From Candidatus Aenigmatarchaeota archaeon (GTDB taxonomy: Archaea > Aenigmatarchaeota > Aenigmatarchaeia > GW2011-AR5 > JACRMX01): a DNA stretch of 56,175 bases. The translations under genes were made by a program, and so were the position numbers. Numbering within the stretch: the first letter of the stretch is position 1; each line of letters begins with the position of its first letter. The notes beneath the pieces were generated by a model. That model was not told where the DNA came from. It worked only from the letters and a program-made list of their open reading frames with translations, and ran no database searches. The stretch lies in the NCBI GenBank assembly GCA_018304635.1, contig JAGVVW010000002.1:1-56175 (forward strand), in the 5' to 3' direction. This document shows positions 53,544-56,175 of this stretch, piece by piece.

Positions 53544-55967
53544 CTACCTCATAAGATCTTCATACATTCTGTCATATTCTTCTTTGCTTATCTCGCCGCG
53601 GGCATATCGTTGTTTGAGAATGCTCATCGCATCTGGCTCCTGAGACATCTGAGATTGCTGTGATGGTGGCTGTGATGGCCCGCCAGGACCTTCTCCTGGA
53701 TACATTTCCATAAGCTCTCTTAAAGTTCCTTCACAGTGCGCACTAATCCATTCTTTATTTGGCGGTCCCCCTGCCGGCAGTGTAAAAACACCACGAACAT
53801 TGGGCTGTATTGAACATATCATATCAGCATCTGGCTCCCTGGCATATATTTTAATTTCACAATTTCCATCTTTTAAGCCTATGATAGTTAATGTAGCGTC
53901 CCTGTCCGGATTAGCTGTAACATCTGGTGTGCATTTCATGAAATCTTTTATAAATCGGGCCATATCTGAGCCATAGTTCTTACTTTCTGCTGCTTTACTT
54001 CCAACATCAGCGCCAAACAACGCACCAACAACCCGCTGTGTAAGAGTGAGTTTTACCTCGTCAAATCTTGTAAATATATCATTTAAGTCATTTTTTGTCA
54101 AACCCGGTCTCTGCAATTCTTGTCCAACTGCATCTATCTCAGGTCCGATAGAATCCAAAATACTTGCAGCTAATTTAAAGCGCTCAGCCATTTCTTTATC
54201 ATCTGCACCCTCATAATAACCAGCCAAGTCTATAAGTTTTGGTTTTAATTCATTTTTAAGTTTTGCTTTCAATTCAATTAATTTAAGAGCAGCACTAAGT
54301 ACATCCTCTGAAGAAGGCATTTTATCAAATCTTCTTACATTGTATTCAACAGCCTCATTTTCAAGACCAATACATCTAACAATTTGTATACACGGACTGT
54401 TTTCGTAATTTTGTATAACAAGCTCTCCTCCTCTGTTTTGACAATCTTTTACAACTGAGGGAATTTGTTCATTCAGGTCTTTCAGGCATTTTTTAACACT
54501 ATCCTCATTAAAAGGCTCGCATAAATATTCATCACACTGTCTAGCACCGGCAAAGAAATTAGTAATCATGTTTTTAGAACTACACTCATCAACAGCATGT
54601 TTAACTCTTTCAAATTCAACCCTGCAGGTGCGTAATCTTTGCTCATCATAATTTCCCTCGGATTGAATATAGTTTTCTTGTTCATATGGCTGAGATGCAT
54701 ACTTTCTTTGCTCTTCGCAGCGAATTACTGAGCAGCCATTTGAATCTCTTTCAGACATCGACCGTAAACCACGTTTTTCGCATTCCATGGCATATTTATC
54801 TAATTCAGCCATATTAGGACACATTATTTCAGCTCTTTGAACAGTAGCAGTAGGCTGTAAAGAAAAGATAGGTCTTGCTTCTTCTTCTCTGGATACACAC
54901 ACTAAATGCTCACAGCCATCCTGACCTCGTTCCCGTACAACTTTTAAAGGGCATTCTTTGCTAAACTGTAATTCATAATTTACATCTATTGGCTTGCACT
55001 GAACCTGCTTTCTGGTTTCACAAATAGTTCGTATCATTCCTGTTGATGGATCTACAATATCACGGCATCCATCAGTACGCACTTCACATGATTTGCATTC
55101 ACATTCATTTGTATTTGAATTATAATAGCATGGAACACTGCGACCATCAGAGCACTTTTGCGGCTCACATCCTCGTGGTGCTCCTCCTACAGTCCCTGCC
55201 TGACTATAAGGAGCTGGACCATATGGTTGCTGCCAACCACAATCATCATGACATTGACCACCTGCTTTTTCATTTGCAGTACAATAACCATCACCACACG
55301 AGCCAGTTGACTGAGTTCTGCAGTCAGGATCACCAGGACAGCCTTCAGGACAATAATTATCAGGAATACTGCTGCATGTTATTGGCGGCTGCGGAACAAC
55401 AGACACAGAATCACTGCAATCTCGCGGACAATAAACTCTTCCACTTCTTTCAGCATCATCACACTTTCCATCACCGCACCATTGCTGTTCAGGGTATTCA
55501 GACTTTGCAGAGCATTCAGCATCAGGCGGATTAAAACATCCAGCAGGACAAACACCATCACCAGAAATACATGCTATTGGATTATAAACATTAACGGATC
55601 GTTGAATATCTCTACAATAATATTCAAGACAACCATTAGAATTTGTTCTTGCATCATATCTATCAGGACATTGTTTGTATATTTCTTCTTTTTGTCTTGC
55701 TAACTCTTCTGCATCAGGACATACAACAACAGCAGGTCTTTCAATAATTGTTGTAGTTACATCTGTAATAGTTGTTGTAGTTTCCAAAACAATTGTTATT
55801 GGGGCCTGCGTAGTTGTTGGGGCTTCTGTTGTTGTCGGAGCTTCAGTAGTTGTTGTCTCAGTAGTTGTTGGAGCTTCAGTAGTGGTTGTTTCATCCTGCG
55901 CAAAAACAAGAGTGGAAGAAATAAGCACGAAACAAACAAATAGTATTGAAAAAAACTGTTTTCTCAT
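53544..55967 (-). CDS. Large secreted Cys-rich protein with N-terminal Thr-rich repeats and C-terminal SHOCT-like motif
   Basis: 807 aa. Signal peptide MRKQFFSILFVCFVLISSTLVFA-QD, then (T)TTEAPTTTE repeats. It has many Cys, including CGDG.C...C..DC units and five 4-Cys modules. A Pro/Gln-rich linker follows. The C-terminal ILKQRYARGEISKEEYDRMYEDLMR matches the SHOCT pattern. Confidence 0.75.
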   Translation of the reverse strand: MRKQFFSILFVCFVLISSTLVFAQDETTTTEAPTTTETTTTEAPTTTEAPTTTQAPITIVLETTTTITDVTTTIIERPAVVVCPDAEELARQKEEIYKQCPDRYDARTNSNGCLEYYCRDIQRSVNVYNPIACISGDGVCPAGCFNPPDAECSAKSEYPEQQWCGDGKCDDAERSGRVYCPRDCSDSVSVVPQPPITCSSIPDNYCPEGCPGDPDCRTQSTGSCGDGYCTANEKAGGQCHDDCGWQQPYGPAPYSQAGTVGGAPRGCEPQKCSDGRSVPCYYNSNTNECECKSCEVRTDGCRDIVDPSTGMIRTICETRKQVQCKPIDVNYELQFSKECPLKVVRERGQDGCEHLVCVSREEEARPIFSLQPTATVQRAEIMCPNMAELDKYAMECEKRGLRSMSERDSNGCSVIRCEEQRKYASQPYEQENYIQSEGNYDEQRLRTCRVEFERVKHAVDECSSKNMITNFFAGARQCDEYLCEPFNEDSVKKCLKDLNEQIPSVVKDCQNRGGELVIQNYENSPCIQIVRCIGLENEAVEYNVRRFDKMPSSEDVLSAALKLIELKAKLKNELKPKLIDLAGYYEGADDKEMAERFKLAASILDSIGPEIDAVGQELQRPGLTKNDLNDIFTRFDEVKLTLTQRVVGALFGADVGSKAAESKNYGSDMARFIKDFMKCTPDVTANPDRDATLTIIGLKDGNCEIKIYAREPDADMICSIQPNVRGVFTLPAGGPPNKEWISAHCEGTLRELMEMYPGEGPGGPSQPPSQQSQMSQEPDAMSILKQRYARGEISKEEYDRMYEDLMR

Positions 55968-55990
55968 ATAAAAATAATGGGCACGGGTGG

Positions 55991-55998
55991 TATATAAA
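55991..55998 (-). promoter_or_regulatory. TATA-like box for the Cys-rich protein gene
   Basis: The minus-strand TTTATATA lies 24-31 nt upstream of the ATG at 55967. That spacing is consistent with an archaeal promoter giving a leaderless or very short-leader mRNA. Confidence 0.35.
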
Positions 55999-56043
55999 CG
56001 TTAATCTACAGAAATAAATATTAATTTGATTTTGTCACCTTGA

Positions 56044-56077
56044 ATAAGATACTCTGTTTTATAAGATACTCTGTTTT
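56044..56077. repeat. 17-nt tandem repeat x2 upstream of the Cys-rich protein gene
   Basis: ataagatactctgtttt occurs at 56044-56060 and 56061-56077, exact. It lies about 77-110 nt upstream of the start codon at 55967. Confidence 0.85.
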
Positions 56078-56175
56078 ATAATAGTTAGTTCACTAAATAA
56101 TGGAACATTTTAGGTAAAGACTTTTTATCATTGAATGTTTTACGCAAATGATATTTCATCGCAGGCACATTCATC

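Noticed and set aside
56140-56175. Possible 3' end of a minus-strand gene entering from the right edge (…DECACDEISFA*).
   Set aside because: Only 11 codons are visible, so it cannot be supported.

Overview
The window is a visibly AT-rich archaeal chromosome segment. Archaeal markers are ribosomal protein eL43/L37Ae, RNA polymerase subunit P, prefoldin beta, diphthine synthase, archaeal SepF and UPF0147. No rRNA, tRNA, CRISPR array or transposase was recognised.

Layout:
- (a) 1-3425, minus strand: a translationally coupled pair. An SNF2 helicase is fused to a class I methyltransferase-like domain. It is followed by a tandem 64-aa repeat protein that the ORF track missed.
- (b) 3573-8277: housekeeping genes (hsp20, sepF, UPF0147, pfdB, rpoP, rpl37ae, dph5, agmatinase), with several repeat-rich intergenic spacers.
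- (c) 8225-48000: a very large surface-glycan locus.
  - It contains a GlcNAc-1-P transferase, many GT2/GT4 glycosyltransferases and four SAM methyltransferases.
  - It has a complete WbpA/B/D/E/I-type 2,3-diacetamido-uronic acid block and a nonulosonic acid block (NeuA/NeuB/NeuC-like plus PseB/PseC-like plus a sugar nucleotidyltransferase).
  - It also holds a Wzx-like flippase and several GT-C-like membrane proteins.
  - Embedded in the nonulosonic acid block are three paralogous B12-binding radical SAM enzymes, a SPASM radical SAM enzyme, DUF362, a FemAB-like transferase and SGNH hydrolases. I consider this the most likely undescribed system, a radical-SAM-tailored sugar pathway.
  - About 23 kb (12642-35394) is one co-directional gene string with frequent 1-4 nt overlaps.
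  - An AbiEi/AbiEii toxin-antitoxin pair is inserted in the opposite orientation at 10818-12282.
- (d) 49350-55967: candidate cell-surface proteins. These are a sequon-rich C-terminally anchored protein, a small lipobox protein, and an 807-aa Cys-rich secreted protein with Thr-rich repeats and a SHOCT-like tail.

A 57-nt twin-hairpin element occurs twice (6077-6133 and 12526-12582). One SGNH hydrolase gene is split by a frameshift at an A7 run. All functional calls rest on motif recognition by eye. No database search was run.
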